Shown piece by piece: positions 34,407-46,322 of a stretch of DNA of 64,000 nucleotides. The stretch spans positions 124,001 to 188,000 of the forward strand of contig AP026150.1 of assembly GCA_030295235.1 (NCBI GenBank), given 5' to 3'. Below the pieces are notes generated by a model. The model saw only the letters and a program-made list of their open reading frames with translations, did not search any database and had not been told where the DNA came from. The stretch's first letter is position 1; each line of letters begins with the position of its first letter. This DNA comes from Fistulifera solaris. Taxonomy: Eukaryota. The translations under genes and the position numbers were made by a program.

Positions 34407-35681
34407 ATGAAACGGAGAAAAATTAATGGTCATCACATATCGACCAGTCGAAGGTTGCTTTTACGGCCGCCATGGCGGAGAGTACTTTTATCGCTAACTC
34501 TCATGATCCTTCCTACGCTTCTTCATCTATGGGAGTCCTCCACCGCGGTTCAAATCACACGAACTAGTTGGCCTATCGACGACGGTAGCAACAGTAACCA
34601 TACGTGTCTGCAACATCCCCCTTTGCGCGCCCATACATCGACATTGGGTGATTTGACATCAACGACAACCAATTACACTATTTTACAACAACCTACACCA
34701 CGTCACTGCGGCATGTTACAGCGTTCCTGGACGAATGTGGCATATTTATCACCCATCGCGCAAGAGTTGCTCGAATGGCAAGCCGATTGTTCGATACCTT
34801 CTGCTACATTTCATTTAGACAATTCGTTTGGATTCGGTTCGCATCTCTACTTGTTCAGCCAGGCATTGTGCAATGCTATAGAAATGAACACCAGAGTTCG
34901 TACAGTTTTAGTAGACGACGCCCCGTGGTTGTGGTGGGACCAGCACCATTGTGCACAGATAATTTCCGACAACCGTCATTCAAAATCACCGTGGGATTGC
35001 TATTTTCCACTCGCCGAGCCATCGTGTCCTATTTCCTCGACTTCGACTGTAAATATCACCAATCCACGGAACCCTCGACTGCGATGCCAGCGTCTGCGTA
35101 ACAACGAGACAGCCATACAGGAATTCCGAGCCGCCACGTTCGAATATCTGTTTCATGCAGTATCTCCATTGGTGTTCGAAGAAGCCAAACGACAAATTGG
35201 ATTGCTCTTTCCCAACGGTCAAGCCCCACCCGATCTCATTACGGTCCATATTCGTTGGGGCGATAAGTTTTGGGAAATGGATTTGGTTCCCATTGCCGAT
35301 TACATTCAAGCCGTCGAGCAACTGGTCGCATCGTCGACGGATGCTCACATTTACTTGGCGACCGAAGATCCGCGGGCGGCGGAAGAGTTTGTCGCGAGCG
35401 CTCCATCGTACTGGAACATTTACATTGACCGCACCTTGGTGGAATTGACGGATGCTCGACCCAACAAAGGTAACCGCGCTTCGTGGATGACCAAGAATAC
35501 ACAAGGACGGGCCGGTCTCATGAATGTAGCGAGTTGGTTGATTGCTCTGGAAGCGAATCGATTTGTGTTGACGACTGCTAGCAATTGGAGTCGAATCGTG
35601 AATGATTTACGCAAGAATGTGATTGATCCGCGTTGTGGCAATTGTACACAAGTGATTGACCTGCGGCCCGGTCTCTGGTGA
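34407..35681 (+). CDS. Glycosyltransferase, GT23/alpha-1,6-fucosyltransferase-like, type II membrane protein
   Basis: N-terminal TM segment; GFGSHL, VHIRWGDK, IYLATED and SNWSR motifs. Confidence 0.8.
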   Translation: MKRRKINGHHISTSRRLLLRPPWRRVLLSLTLMILPTLLHLWESSTAVQITRTSWPIDDGSNSNHTCLQHPPLRAHTSTLGDLTSTTTNYTILQQPTPRHCGMLQRSWTNVAYLSPIAQELLEWQADCSIPSATFHLDNSFGFGSHLYLFSQALCNAIEMNTRVRTVLVDDAPWLWWDQHHCAQIISDNRHSKSPWDCYFPLAEPSCPISSTSTVNITNPRNPRLRCQRLRNNETAIQEFRAATFEYLFHAVSPLVFEEAKRQIGLLFPNGQAPPDLITVHIRWGDKFWEMDLVPIADYIQAVEQLVASSTDAHIYLATEDPRAAEEFVASAPSYWNIYIDRTLVELTDARPNKGNRASWMTKNTQGRAGLMNVASWLIALEANRFVLTTASNWSRIVNDLRKNVIDPRCGNCTQVIDLRPGLW

Positions 35682-36050
35682 AATGGAAGCCTGTGTGCGG
35701 TGTCTATTGGCAAACAGCTCGTCGTAAGTTATCATCAAATCAACAGGACGCTTTTCTACTTAAGGAATTAATACCAGTTAGATTAAAGAGGGAAAAAGAT
35801 AAAAAATTTAGATCCCGTCATTGCGGTTGCTGAGTTGACCATGGGTAACCACAATAAAAAACCTTAACCTTACTGGTTTCTAGTTTGCTTCCATCGCATC
35901 GCAAAGAAAAACAGTTACTTGTCTCGGTACCGGTAGTGGTACCTTGTACCTGCTACAATAATCGCATCGCGCTACGCCGTTGTAGAAAAAGGATTGTGCA
36001 TTATTATATAAAATCAATCATTTCTTTTCACAAACTTTTGTTGCTTGACA

Positions 36051-36697
36051 ATGAAATTGCTTACTGCAATATCGCTATCGCTACTGATCTCTTCAGCTCA
36101 AGCATTTACTGCTCCACGACGAGTGCAACGATCCGTTTCACTCTATGCTGCCGAAGGCGAAGAGAAGGCCGTTGCCATGGTGTCCGGAGAAGATCTGGAA
36201 TTGCTGTTGCAGAATATGGAACAGCCGCTGGTAGTAGATGCTTATGCAACCTGGTGGTACGTGACGAAAGAACGGGGGATGACATCGATTGCAAAGATAC
36301 CCTCGACTCTATTCGCATTGCGGATGCCTATTTTCTCGTTCTCGTGTTTCGTCTTCTCTCTGAACAAGACAACGATAACTGATTCCACTTTCCTCTCTTT
36401 CGTCTTCACAGTGGACCCTGCCTACTCATGGCCCCCGAATTCGAACAAGCCGCCCAAGAACTGAAAGGCAAGGTAAAATTCGTCAAACTCGATACCGACC
36501 AAGAAGAAGAAATGGCATCGCGATTGAATATTATGGGCTTACCGACATTATTGTTTCTAGACAAATACCAAGACGATGAGAATCCGGATGCACGAGCCGT
36601 ATTGAAGGGTCGTATTGAAGGTGCTATGCAAAAGAAAAGTATTCTGGATTTGGTGGAGCATTACTTTTTTGACGGACCGGCTCCTCAGTTATTTTAA
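36051..36697 (+). CDS. Plastid-targeted thioredoxin (Trx z/CITRX-like)
   Basis: Signal peptide + AQAF. Removing intron 36257-36411 gives DAYATWCGPCLLMA; GLPTLLF cis-Pro motif. Confidence 0.88.
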
Positions 36698-36777
36698 TAC
36701 GGTTTAAGAGACAGTAATGATAAGTGCTATCAATGCGAACAGAGCTGGCGTGTCTAGCTCATGTAGGAATTACTTGT

Positions 36778-37620
36778 TTATTTCGTTCCTGCGGCGAGAC
36801 CTCCGTCTACCACCAAGTTAATTCCCGTTGTGTAGCTCGACTCGGAACTCAACAAAAAGGCAGTACTTTGCAACACTTCCTCCAGAGAACCAACCCGTTG
36901 CATAGGCACCGCATTGATTTTAGCTTCTCCGACTTTCTCGGCTGTATCCGCGTAATACGGGGGACCCAACTCGGCATGCAACGCGTTTTGCCGATCCCAC
37001 ATGTAACCCGGACCGATAAGTGCCGGTGAGATGGAATTGACCCGAATGTGAAATCGTGCAAGTTCCTTGGCAGCATTCACCGTCATGGTTAAAATAGCGG
37101 CTTTGCTACTTGCATACGCGATCATTCCTGGTGTTCCGCGCATTCCGGCGACCGATGCAGTATTTACAATCACACCGCCACCTTGTTGCTTCATTTGTCG
37201 AGCAACAGCCTGCAAAACAATAAACATACCAGTGACGTTAATATTCATAACACTCGCAAAATCTAATGGATCATAATCTAAGCATGATTGAATCTTTCCC
37301 TGATACCCAGCATTGTTCCACAGTAGATCGATTCGACCAAATCTTTCGACAATACGCTCTACAACAGACGCCACCTGAGAAGCATTCGTCACGTCGCAAA
37401 CAAATCCTTTGCTATCCATTCCATCCGATATCTCGGCAAAAGTCCCTTCAAGGGCTTCCGCATTCTGATCGAGGGCCGCAACGCGCGCACCTCGTTCACC
37501 GAAGTACCGGCAAGCGGCTCGTCCAAATTGTCCCCCTGCGCCAGTGATCACTAGAACCTTGCCGACAAAACGTTGATCGGTTGCAATTTGTGATTTAGGA
37601 TCGTGACAGATTTTTTCCAT
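36778..37620 (-). CDS. Short-chain dehydrogenase/reductase, xylitol/polyol dehydrogenase-like
   Basis: TGAGGQFG, NNAG and YASSK motifs. NNAGYQG and GPGYMWDRQ recall the Gluconobacter xylitol dehydrogenase subtype; no intron. Confidence 0.88.
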   Translation of the reverse strand: MEKICHDPKSQIATDQRFVGKVLVITGAGGQFGRAACRYFGERGARVAALDQNAEALEGTFAEISDGMDSKGFVCDVTNASQVASVVERIVERFGRIDLLWNNAGYQGKIQSCLDYDPLDFASVMNINVTGMFIVLQAVARQMKQQGGGVIVNTASVAGMRGTPGMIAYASSKAAILTMTVNAAKELARFHIRVNSISPALIGPGYMWDRQNALHAELGPPYYADTAEKVGEAKINAVPMQRVGSLEEVLQSTAFLLSSESSYTTGINLVVDGGLAAGTK

Positions 37621-38439
37621 GTTCTATTGTATTATTTATTCAAATATAAGCGTTGCACGTGCAATGGAACGAGACAAAAAATGGTTGTGACATTTTCATC
37701 GCCACCGCGCTTCTTAGCTGACGGTTGTCGGATTGACGATGACTTCGTGAGTGAAGAAGAGTCCTGTGAGCTGTGAGTGGTGTTGATGAAGGATGATGAG
37801 TTCTTCGTGATGTCGACATCAACAGATGCGGTATGCGGTAATCGGCATGAAGAAATCCTTTTCACGGTACACTACGAAAGATATTCCACGTCGATATTGA
37901 AGATGGTCATCGCTAAAACATCCGAAACTTTAGCGCCACAGGAAGAAAGCAGAGAACACCACGGAATGCCATCTGCTACTTTCTGTAAGGGTGGATCGAT
38001 TTTCCTCGATGTAAAACGGTCGCGGAGTGGACAACGTTCGGTCATGGTCATCACGACTCTAAGGTTAATTGTAGCAACTACGTAGCTGTATGCTTATCAT
38101 GTACTTTTACACGTTTCATAGATAACATGATTTAATCGCTTAGACAATGCTACCTAAGAGAAGTTTCTCGTCCTTGGATCCGCTCTTGAAATTTCCTGCT
38201 GTTTTGGATCTTGCCTTTTGATGCCATGTTCCTCATTCGGCAAACCGTGAAAACGTTGTTGACATCTACGATCTGCGCGGTGTTCTTTATCGAAAAAGCC
38301 GAAAATTCGATACGATACACGATATCCGTTAACAGTTCTTGACGTCGCAAAAGATATTGATCGTTGTTGTGAAAGACTCTCCTTCCCAACATAACCCATT
38401 CTCATTCATTCATATAATTCAGCTATAAAGATTGCAAAG

Positions 38440-40063
38440 ATGACTTCATCAGTAAACAGCATGACGGCTGCCGGCTGGGACGACCAGATGGGCAGTGATG
38501 TCGAACAGTTGTTCTTCGTGACAAGCTACAGGTAAGTTCAACTTAGGTCGTTGAGAACCTTCATCGCAAGTGAACGATCCTCTAATCAACTTTGCCGTCT
38601 TCAGTGACTTTGATCGCCTCGCCCATGGACCCCGTGGAAGCCCCGCCAAGAAACCCATCTATGTGTATCGATTCCACTCCAACGATGGGAGCCTTGTGCT
38701 TCTCAACATTCAAGGAGATGCTAGTCAAGTTGTGAACCCAGCTTTTTCACGCTATCACCCTCGTCTCAATGTCGTTTACACCTGCACGGAAGATATCGAA
38801 AACAACGGCAAGATCTTTGCGTACCAGGTCGGAGAACACGGTGAGTTGACGCAAATGGGCGAGCCTGTGGACGCCGGTGGAACCAGCACTTGTTATCTTA
38901 CCATCGATAAGGCTTGCAAGCATATGCTCTGCGTCAATTACTGGAATAGTACTCTATGCGTTATTCCGCTCGACCCCGAAACAGGTGCCTTCACAGGCCC
39001 CATTCAAAGCATGTACGATCCCAAGGGAGGTAAAGAAATGGTAGCTTGTGGACGCGTCAAGGGAGGTGTCAATCACTCAAACAATGATGGATCTACAATC
39101 CGAATGCGCCAAGCGGATCCGCACTCACATGCCCTTGTTCTTGACCCATTTGTCGGATGCGTTGCTTACGTTCCTGACCTGGGAAAGGATTTGGTTCGTG
39201 AATTCTTTTATGACCCTGTCTGGGGAAACATTGAGCTGGAGTTGAATGTATTGCCTTCGGGAATGTGCACTGGTATGCCCGATGGTCCTCGTTACCTGGA
39301 ATTTCATCCCCGATACCCCATTTGCTACGTTATCAACGAATTGAGCTCCACCGTGGCCGTGTTTGAGGTCGATCGACGTTTGTTGCATGAGTTGAAAGAG
39401 GCTTCCTCCCGCGGCGAGGACATGTCGAAATTCAAAGGTCGATCATCGCTTCGACTCATCCAGTCTATCAAGACGCTTCCCTCTGCATTTCCTACGGACA
39501 TGAACACTTGCGGCCGTATCTGCGTGCATAAGAGTGGTCGTTTCGTTGTCGTCAGTAACCGCGGACACCAGTCGATCGCGATCTTCCGGGTGAAAACAAA
39601 AGCGCCGAATACGGGCGAATTGAGTACGGTGGGATACTTCCACACGCGCGGCGAAACGCCTCGGCACTTTCAGTTTGATGCCAGTGGCCAGTATCTGTTG
39701 GTGGCCAACCAAGATACGGACTCGTTGACCGTGTTCCACTTCAACTTAAGTAGTGGAGAAATCCGCTACACGGGCAATGAATACCGTGTTCCTTCTCCCA
39801 ATTTTGTTTGCTGCTGCCCCACGTACTCTGACAGCGAACCAGAGGTCGTAGTCAACACATCCTCTGCCATGAACAAGCAAATCTCTGGGATCAGCGCCGA
39901 TTTGAGCGATTCGGAGAGCTCCTTTGTCTCGAAAGGACAAGACGATAGTAAGAACTTGGTGCAAGCCTTGGAAAATGCGCAACGTGAAATAGCGTACTTG
40001 AAGCAGCAGTTGTTGATGCAACAAGACCGAGCCATCATGGATGTGAACACGATCATCAATTAG
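38440..40063 (+). CDS. Seven-bladed beta-propeller lactonase (6-phosphogluconolactonase Pgl/YbhE-like) with a C-terminal coiled coil
   Basis: RQADPHSH, VPDLGKD, GPRY, INELSST, SNRGHQS, GETPRHF and ANQDTD motifs; intron 38532-38604. Confidence 0.88.
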
Positions 40064-40455
40064 AGAGAGAGCGACCTACATTTAGAATTGCAATTTGTTT
40101 AGTTAGAAGAAGGCGGTGTCAGTGACTCTTCTTTCATTTCAGTTTAGGATTTCCGTATCATTAAATACAACAATTATGGTTTTATATCGCCTAGCTAGAT
40201 TTTCCGGGACGACTTGATGGTGGATGCTCTAGGACTTTAGCTATACACTTTTATCTATAGCAATGTTTGTGGCCGCGAGATTCGCCCATGTCGACGACGC
40301 ACAACAAGAAATTCGAATTTCTCCGTTTTGGCGACCGCACCGCATGGTTGCCATTAGTCATTATTCCTTTGCATTCTTTGCTTGTTGCGGTAAACGAAAG
40401 TACAATTGATTATCGCTAGAGTTCGAAGTATCAGTATTCGTAAAGCATTGCAGAA

Positions 40456-41404
40456 ATGATGACTTATAGAGCGGCTGTTTTGGGTCTGCTCGCCTTGCCG
40501 CATGGCAGTGATTCCTTTACTCCTTCGATTCTTCATCATCCCTCCAGCAATACACAACCATCCCACCTGCTCATGGCAAAAAGCAAGAGTCTCAACAAGC
40601 AGGCCGATTTGCGTCGTAAAATGGAACGTGTGAAACAGCAGAAGGAAGAAGAAATTGTGCAATCGGGAATGATTATCGAACTCACTGCCCAGGAAATTAA
40701 GGAAAGAAATGATCGATTGCGTTTCGAAGAATTGCTCAAAAAGGAGGCAGGAAATGTTCTCAATGACTACGGATCCGATAGCTATCTCAGCAAGCAACAA
40801 GAAGAGGAAGAAATTACCGCTGCCAGTAAGTAGACAAGGGCAAGCGAGATTTTGTATGGTGAAATCGGATTTTATTTATTCACTTTTTTCTTTTTTTTTA
40901 TCAGGAAAAGGAGTCGATCGAATTTTTGAAGGAGACCCAGCACCGACAGAATGTTTCGAAGATCTTGTTTCGGTTCAGACTGGCACAGCAATAGGGGTCC
41001 CCGGCAAAAAGCAATTAGTTCCTTGGCTCAGTGACAAAGGCAACCCGTCGGACTATCTTATCATCGTCTCCGATCCCAGACCTCAATCGTCCGAGTTACA
41101 AGAAACGATAAAACAATTTCAGTCAGACTTGCCGGAAGATTTGAAAAAGCGACTTATTGTAATCAATGCGGATACACCTTCCGAAAACAAACGTTGGTTA
41201 AAAAAGACCAGTCTCGATGTTCGCGTGTACTCTGACGAAAAACTGTCTTGGATGCGTGCGTACACGGCTTTGGGCGATAAGCGATGGAGTATGACCATGT
41301 TCATTATTGCGAATGAGCAAGTTCAAAAGCTGGCTCGTGAAATGGATCAGTACGGTGCTTCAAAGGCCATTCGCAACGCTGTGAAGACACTTGGCAACCG
41401 ATAA
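40456..41404 (+). CDS. Plastid-targeted protein with a Cys-less AhpC/TSA (thioredoxin-fold)-like C-terminal domain
   Basis: Signal peptide + SDSF; intron 40826-40904; LIVINADTPSENKRW..VYSD..AY pattern. Confidence 0.65.
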
Positions 41405-41525
41405 TTGGGTTCTCTACAGATGATTATCACGCAAACTAATAAAGCTATGAACACCAATTTACCTGGAACTGTATCGTGTTTCGGCAATAATTTGTGGAAA
41501 TGCGGATCCATTACAATGTAGTCCT

Positions 41526-42858
41526 TTACAATCCCACTGTAGGCATTTCGGTCAAAAACGCATCGCGAATGTCATTTTGTGCGGAACCACAAAGCTGTTG
41601 TAATGGTAAAAGTGCAAAGGCATTTTCAATCTCCATGCCCACTTCGTCGATTCCGATCAAAACATAGGCACCCAATGTAGTTGTCAGAGCCACGGTAATA
41701 GTCGGAAGACCCGAGGCAATCAGTGACATTGGCGTCACCAAGAGCCACGTCGTAAGAACACGGCTTAAATGGCGACTATAGGTGGGAGGAATCGGACTTG
41801 TAAAGATCCGTTGACAAGCACCATAGACGGTTTCCAGCTCGCGAATGCGCTCCTCGATCATCAGGGCTACACCGGCGTGTACGAACGGAGACTGATGCAA
41901 CGCCACACTACATAACTGACGTAGGCGCGATGTTAATGCCACAGGAAGTTTGTTTTGTGCCACTGCCCATTCGTAGTCCTCGGAGGATTCTCCAAGCATG
42001 ATCTTCAAAACTTCCAAGTTTCTATCCGAATTTTCTCCACGAAGAGCCACTTTGATGACCCATGGAAAGGCTGCCATGTGACGGATTGCCAGCGTACACG
42101 CGTAGGGATTTGAATCAAAGAGGTATATTTTCAGTATATTGGCGAGTCCTCGAGTATGTAAAACCTATCCCGAGCTGAGTCGACCAAGGTGAAATTTAAC
42201 AAATAAAACTAGATATTGCGAGTTGACTTACCATGCGACCCATCTGCAGTCGCGATTCCAATAATCGAGTCATGCTGGCATTCGCTCGCAAGGTCAACAG
42301 AAGCGCCAATGGCGCCGAAAGAATCGACAAGACCGAAGTGGAGCCTATCCCTGTTCAAACCGTCCCCGTCCATCCCAAGTGCCGACACAAGACACACAGC
42401 ACGGTGGCGTAAGCCGTCGCGATCAGTACCGCCGGCAAGATGACGCGTGCGGTACTACTGGACCACCATCGGAGGACATGCCGCGCATAACGAATGTGCG
42501 GCGGCCGAGAATGTGATTGCCAAGTGCTGTGCGTCCAAAGTCGAGTGTAACTTGAACCAGCCGAAACAAGGACCGGGGACATGGAATCGTCCGCCGAAGG
42601 CGTCGGAGGTCGCGCTTCTGCGAGAATTGCAAAATCTCGAGCCAGATTTTCTAGTAATTCCTGTTTGCTAGGTTTCACAAGCGTCGACGTGTTTTCAGAG
42701 TCCAATGATGATGGGCCAACTACGGAAAAGAGAGGCCCTCGACCACCATTCGAATTTCTTTCGATAAAAATTGGAGACAAGCGAGTCGTCAGCACGTAGC
42801 AACGCACATTGCTGAGCCAATGGATTGCGAGCCAAAGACTAAGATATTTAGAACCCAT
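41526..42858 (-). CDS. Bestrophin-like (UPF0187/RFP-TM) anion channel, probably plastid-targeted
   Basis: LLTLRAN..RLLESR, PIPPTYSRHLSR and GIDEVGMEIENAF motifs; intron 42165-42231; frameshift near 42375. Confidence 0.85.
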
Positions 42859-43302
42859 GATCTTTGTTCTAACGTTATGAACATAGAAGCATTAACATTT
42901 CTCTTTCCGCTTATTTTGTTGTCAAAATACGGAAATTCCGATGAATTTGGACGAAGTTGATGTTCGTGATTGGAATGAGATCAACATTCGATGAGTGTTC
43001 AGGTTATTATATATATGTTGTGACAAACTACCTGTTTCACACAAGATCACACAGGTATTAGCGAATTATTTCGAAATATCAATTAGAATGTAAATAAGTG
43101 ACACAGGATTCGAGTTTAGTCTACTCTTTCACTATCTTTTTAGTTTAAAAACCTAATTTGATTTTTCAAATTTTTGTGAACCGCCAATCCAAAGATCCCC
43201 CAGAACAAAAATGTGAGCCAGATTTACGACCTGCTACCCTTGACATTCTGTTATATAATTTCGATCAGCACCAACTTATCAATCCTTTCTTTGAAGCCCG
43301 TC

Positions 43303-43869
43303 ATGAGTAAAGTTGTGAAGTTTCTTATCTGTCTTTTTGCATGCAGTGGTACGTACTATATCGTGAAGCCGGCATCGTATCTTCTTCCTGCGCACGCAAG
43401 TACGCTGGACTTGCCCATCGAGTCCTGACATTGTTTGTTAAGGTCTGCAGTCGGTGGAACCGGTGGAAGATGCTGAGAGCAGTTTGTTTCAACGCAGCCT
43501 ATTCTGCGATTATGTTCCCCCCAACAGTTGCCGAACGAATATTGGTAGAGGAACTTGCCTCGATGCCAATGGCGAAAAGTTCGATGCGTGTTTCAAGGCC
43601 GGCGCCGGGCATTTTTTCTTCAAGTCGGATTGTCGGGAGGCCGCCGAGTCAACTAGCAATTCGGTTGGATGGCAGTACGGGGCGTTAAGAGCGATTCCTA
43701 GGGTCTGTGTGATCTTCTTTGACCACGCAGTTGTCGGTGACGATGTGGACATTTACTGTCCGGGAGGCTTCAGCCGATTTGAAATCTCGGGTCGTATCGG
43801 AACTGGTTTCCCGAATCGGACCGGGGACGGGCTTTTGATTGCTACAGTTGCAAAGGTGAATTTGATTGA
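43303..43869 (+). CDS. Small secreted Cys-rich protein, family copy E (dispersed, closest to copy A)
   Basis: Exon 43303-43348 (MSKVVKFLICLFACS), phase-1 intron 43349-43442, FQRSL..CLDANG..VGWQYG..IPRVC..GTGFP. Adding one T to the run near 43835 restores DCYSCKGEFD*. Confidence 0.85.
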
Positions 43870-43992
43870 GATAAAATAGTTCGCTAAAAGCCTCATTGTC
43901 TTATCCAGGTGACTCCCGTATGGGATCGTAAAGTTGATACAAAGATAACAATGACAACTAACCAGTGAGCTTAACTCGTCAAAAGTGCCTCT

Positions 43993-44956
43993 TCACATCA
44001 CATAAAACCAAATAGTTGCCGCGTTGACCCAGTTGACAACGAAGACACAAATCGTAAAGGTTCCAATCACCGGTGCACTGGAACTTTCTCCATCTTCTCC
44101 ATTCGTAGGATCTCCCGTTTCTTCGGATGACGCTTCGAGTGTTCCATCCTCTGTGGGTGCCAGCGTTGCCAGAATGACATCTTCACATCCCGGAATAGTC
44201 GCGTCACCGATACCGAATCCATAAGCACTGCAAGCTAAATCAGGGTTGGCGGTTCCCATTTCTTGTATCATAGCTTCCAATTCGGCACACTCGGTAGCGC
44301 TTACTTCGTTCTGCAGCTCCTCACAAAGACGAATGCGCACGGTACTTTGTTCCAACTGTAGATTGACACGATTTTTATTTTCCAAAGTCTGGCAAACTTG
44401 TTCCATTTCCGCGTGACCGGGTGAACCAATTTCAAAATAAGCTTTCAGTGCATTCCAGCAGAGGGTTGGGTCGCTAGAACAATCGTATGTTGTTCCCATG
44501 ACCGTTATCGAATCTTTTAACTTGGGAATGTTATTGTTCGATGGATCTTGCTCAAAGAAAAATCCTTCACTAGCGCCCAAACCAAGAGCGCTGGGATTAT
44601 AAAACGGGCGGTTAGGAACGTTTGGTTGTGAGTAACAGATGCAGATGCACGGTCATTTTAAACATATTGGCAATTACTTACGCATCGGAAGATTGCATGT
44701 CACCCACGCGAAACGCATTGACAAAGGCACTGGCATAAGTACAAATAGAGGCGACATTTTGCTGTGCGACTTTGATGTCATAAACATCCAAACACTCTTG
44801 ACTGGCACGCGGCCAAGCGACCAATTCACCGCCCAGTTGACCGTAATCTTTGCAATCGGTGGCGTCGTCGGCCGTGTAGAGGCAAGCATCGCACTGAGCG
44901 TAGGCTCGTGTTGCGAGGAGACTGAGTGCGAACGGGAAGAGCAGAAAGGTATTCAT
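43993..44956 (-). CDS. Secreted Cys-containing protein with a hydrophobic C-terminus (GPI/TM anchor candidate)
   Basis: Signal peptide MNTFLLFPFALSLLATRAYA; intron 44591-44681 joins the two ORFs in frame; acidic Ser/Thr linker before the hydrophobic tail. Confidence 0.7.
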
Positions 44957-45635
44957 TTTTTAAAGCAAATGAGACGAAGATTGCGTATAATGTGCTGTAA
45001 CGCGACTATGTCATCAAGTAACAACCTGTCAAAAGTCAAAACGAAAGATCATTCTGTCACGTGTGTGTGCGCGAGTGCGATGACGAGAAAAAAGCGCGAC
45101 TTTTTTCGGGTCCGCATCTTCGGAGAAACCTAACTCGTACAGTACAGGCTGGCCCAGTGCGGAGTGCGGAATGACTAATGACTGTCCAACAACACGGTTT
45201 TTATACAGTCATAGTGATACTCGTTACTTGTGACTGGCGTACAGTCATTCTTGATTCTTGTGACTGGAACGTGACCGAATTTCCTCATTCGAACCCGAAA
45301 TAATGGATAATGGATTGAAAGGAATTGTCTACCAGAGACTAAACTAGTGTTACAAAAGACAAACAGAAACAAATACTTCTCAACTGATAAAAACATCTAA
45401 TTTCTTATCTAAGACTGCTCCAGCTTCGGTGCTCACTTGATAAAACTATTTCAGGGAAAGACATGCCTTTTCATATTACGAGCTTTCACATTTTTTAAGA
45501 CAGCAAAATCCGCACGCGCGTAGCAAGCGTCAGCGCCATAGCCAATCCAGGTAAGCTGGGCAAAAGAAATGGTCGATGCAGAAGAAAGCGTATTCGTGCA
45601 GCATATAGTTTGCCTAGTTGAATGCTGTAATCCAT

Positions 45636-45849
45636 TCATGGCCGAGTTTGTGGATTCCGTTCATGACATTGCCGAAACGCTTGCCATTGTGCCACACATG
45701 GAACAATCTGCCCTTGATGTTTTTTTCATGCAAATGGTAACCTGCTCGTAAACATCGGCACAAACCCCTGTCGCTGGAGATACGGACGCTTCCTCCACTT
45801 GTTTTTGCGTGCTCCTAGCGCAATCGACGCATACTTTGTTTTCTGTCAT
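45636..45849 (-). CDS. Small twin-CX9C (CHCH) protein, mitochondrial intermembrane-space type
   Basis: Removing one base from the run at 45720-45727 gives C-ADVYEQVTI-C-MKKHQGQIVP-C-VAQWQAFRQ-C. Confidence 0.6.
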
Positions 45850-46322
45850 TTACGCCAAATATCACTCTGGGCTTGAATTTCGTGAGTTGTTTTTCTTTCA
45901 GAAGGAACCGTTGGTTTGAAAAAGGAGCACAATGCGAATGAATGGCGACATGAATAATGAGCTAGATGAATGAGGTGAATTTTTGTTTATTGAAGGCACG
46001 AAACGGGGGCAGACAGGCAGACGGGAACATAGATGCAAGATGCAAGCAAAAAAGCAAAGCAGCAACCCTTAAGAGTACCACTTCGACGCGAAGATGATTT
46101 CGAGTACTGTATAAAAGAAAGTTGTTCGGCAATATTCTTCATGTTCGCTGCATCAATCCGCTCCTACAATTTCGCCGATAGCGATTTGTTGACGCCTTCT
46201 GCTTTTTTTCTTTCTTTCGCCATCATGATTACCGTATTATTTTTTTCTCTGCAAAATCTACAAAATCTTTTTGATGGCAAACTTGACGCTCTTTCATCTC
46301 TTGCGATATACATCATCATAAC

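Noticed and set aside
45440..45560. Minus-strand CTTACCTGG resembling the U1 snRNA 5' end
   Set aside because: No GATCA loop I, ATTGCAC loop II or Sm site follows; it is only a splice-donor-like 9-mer.
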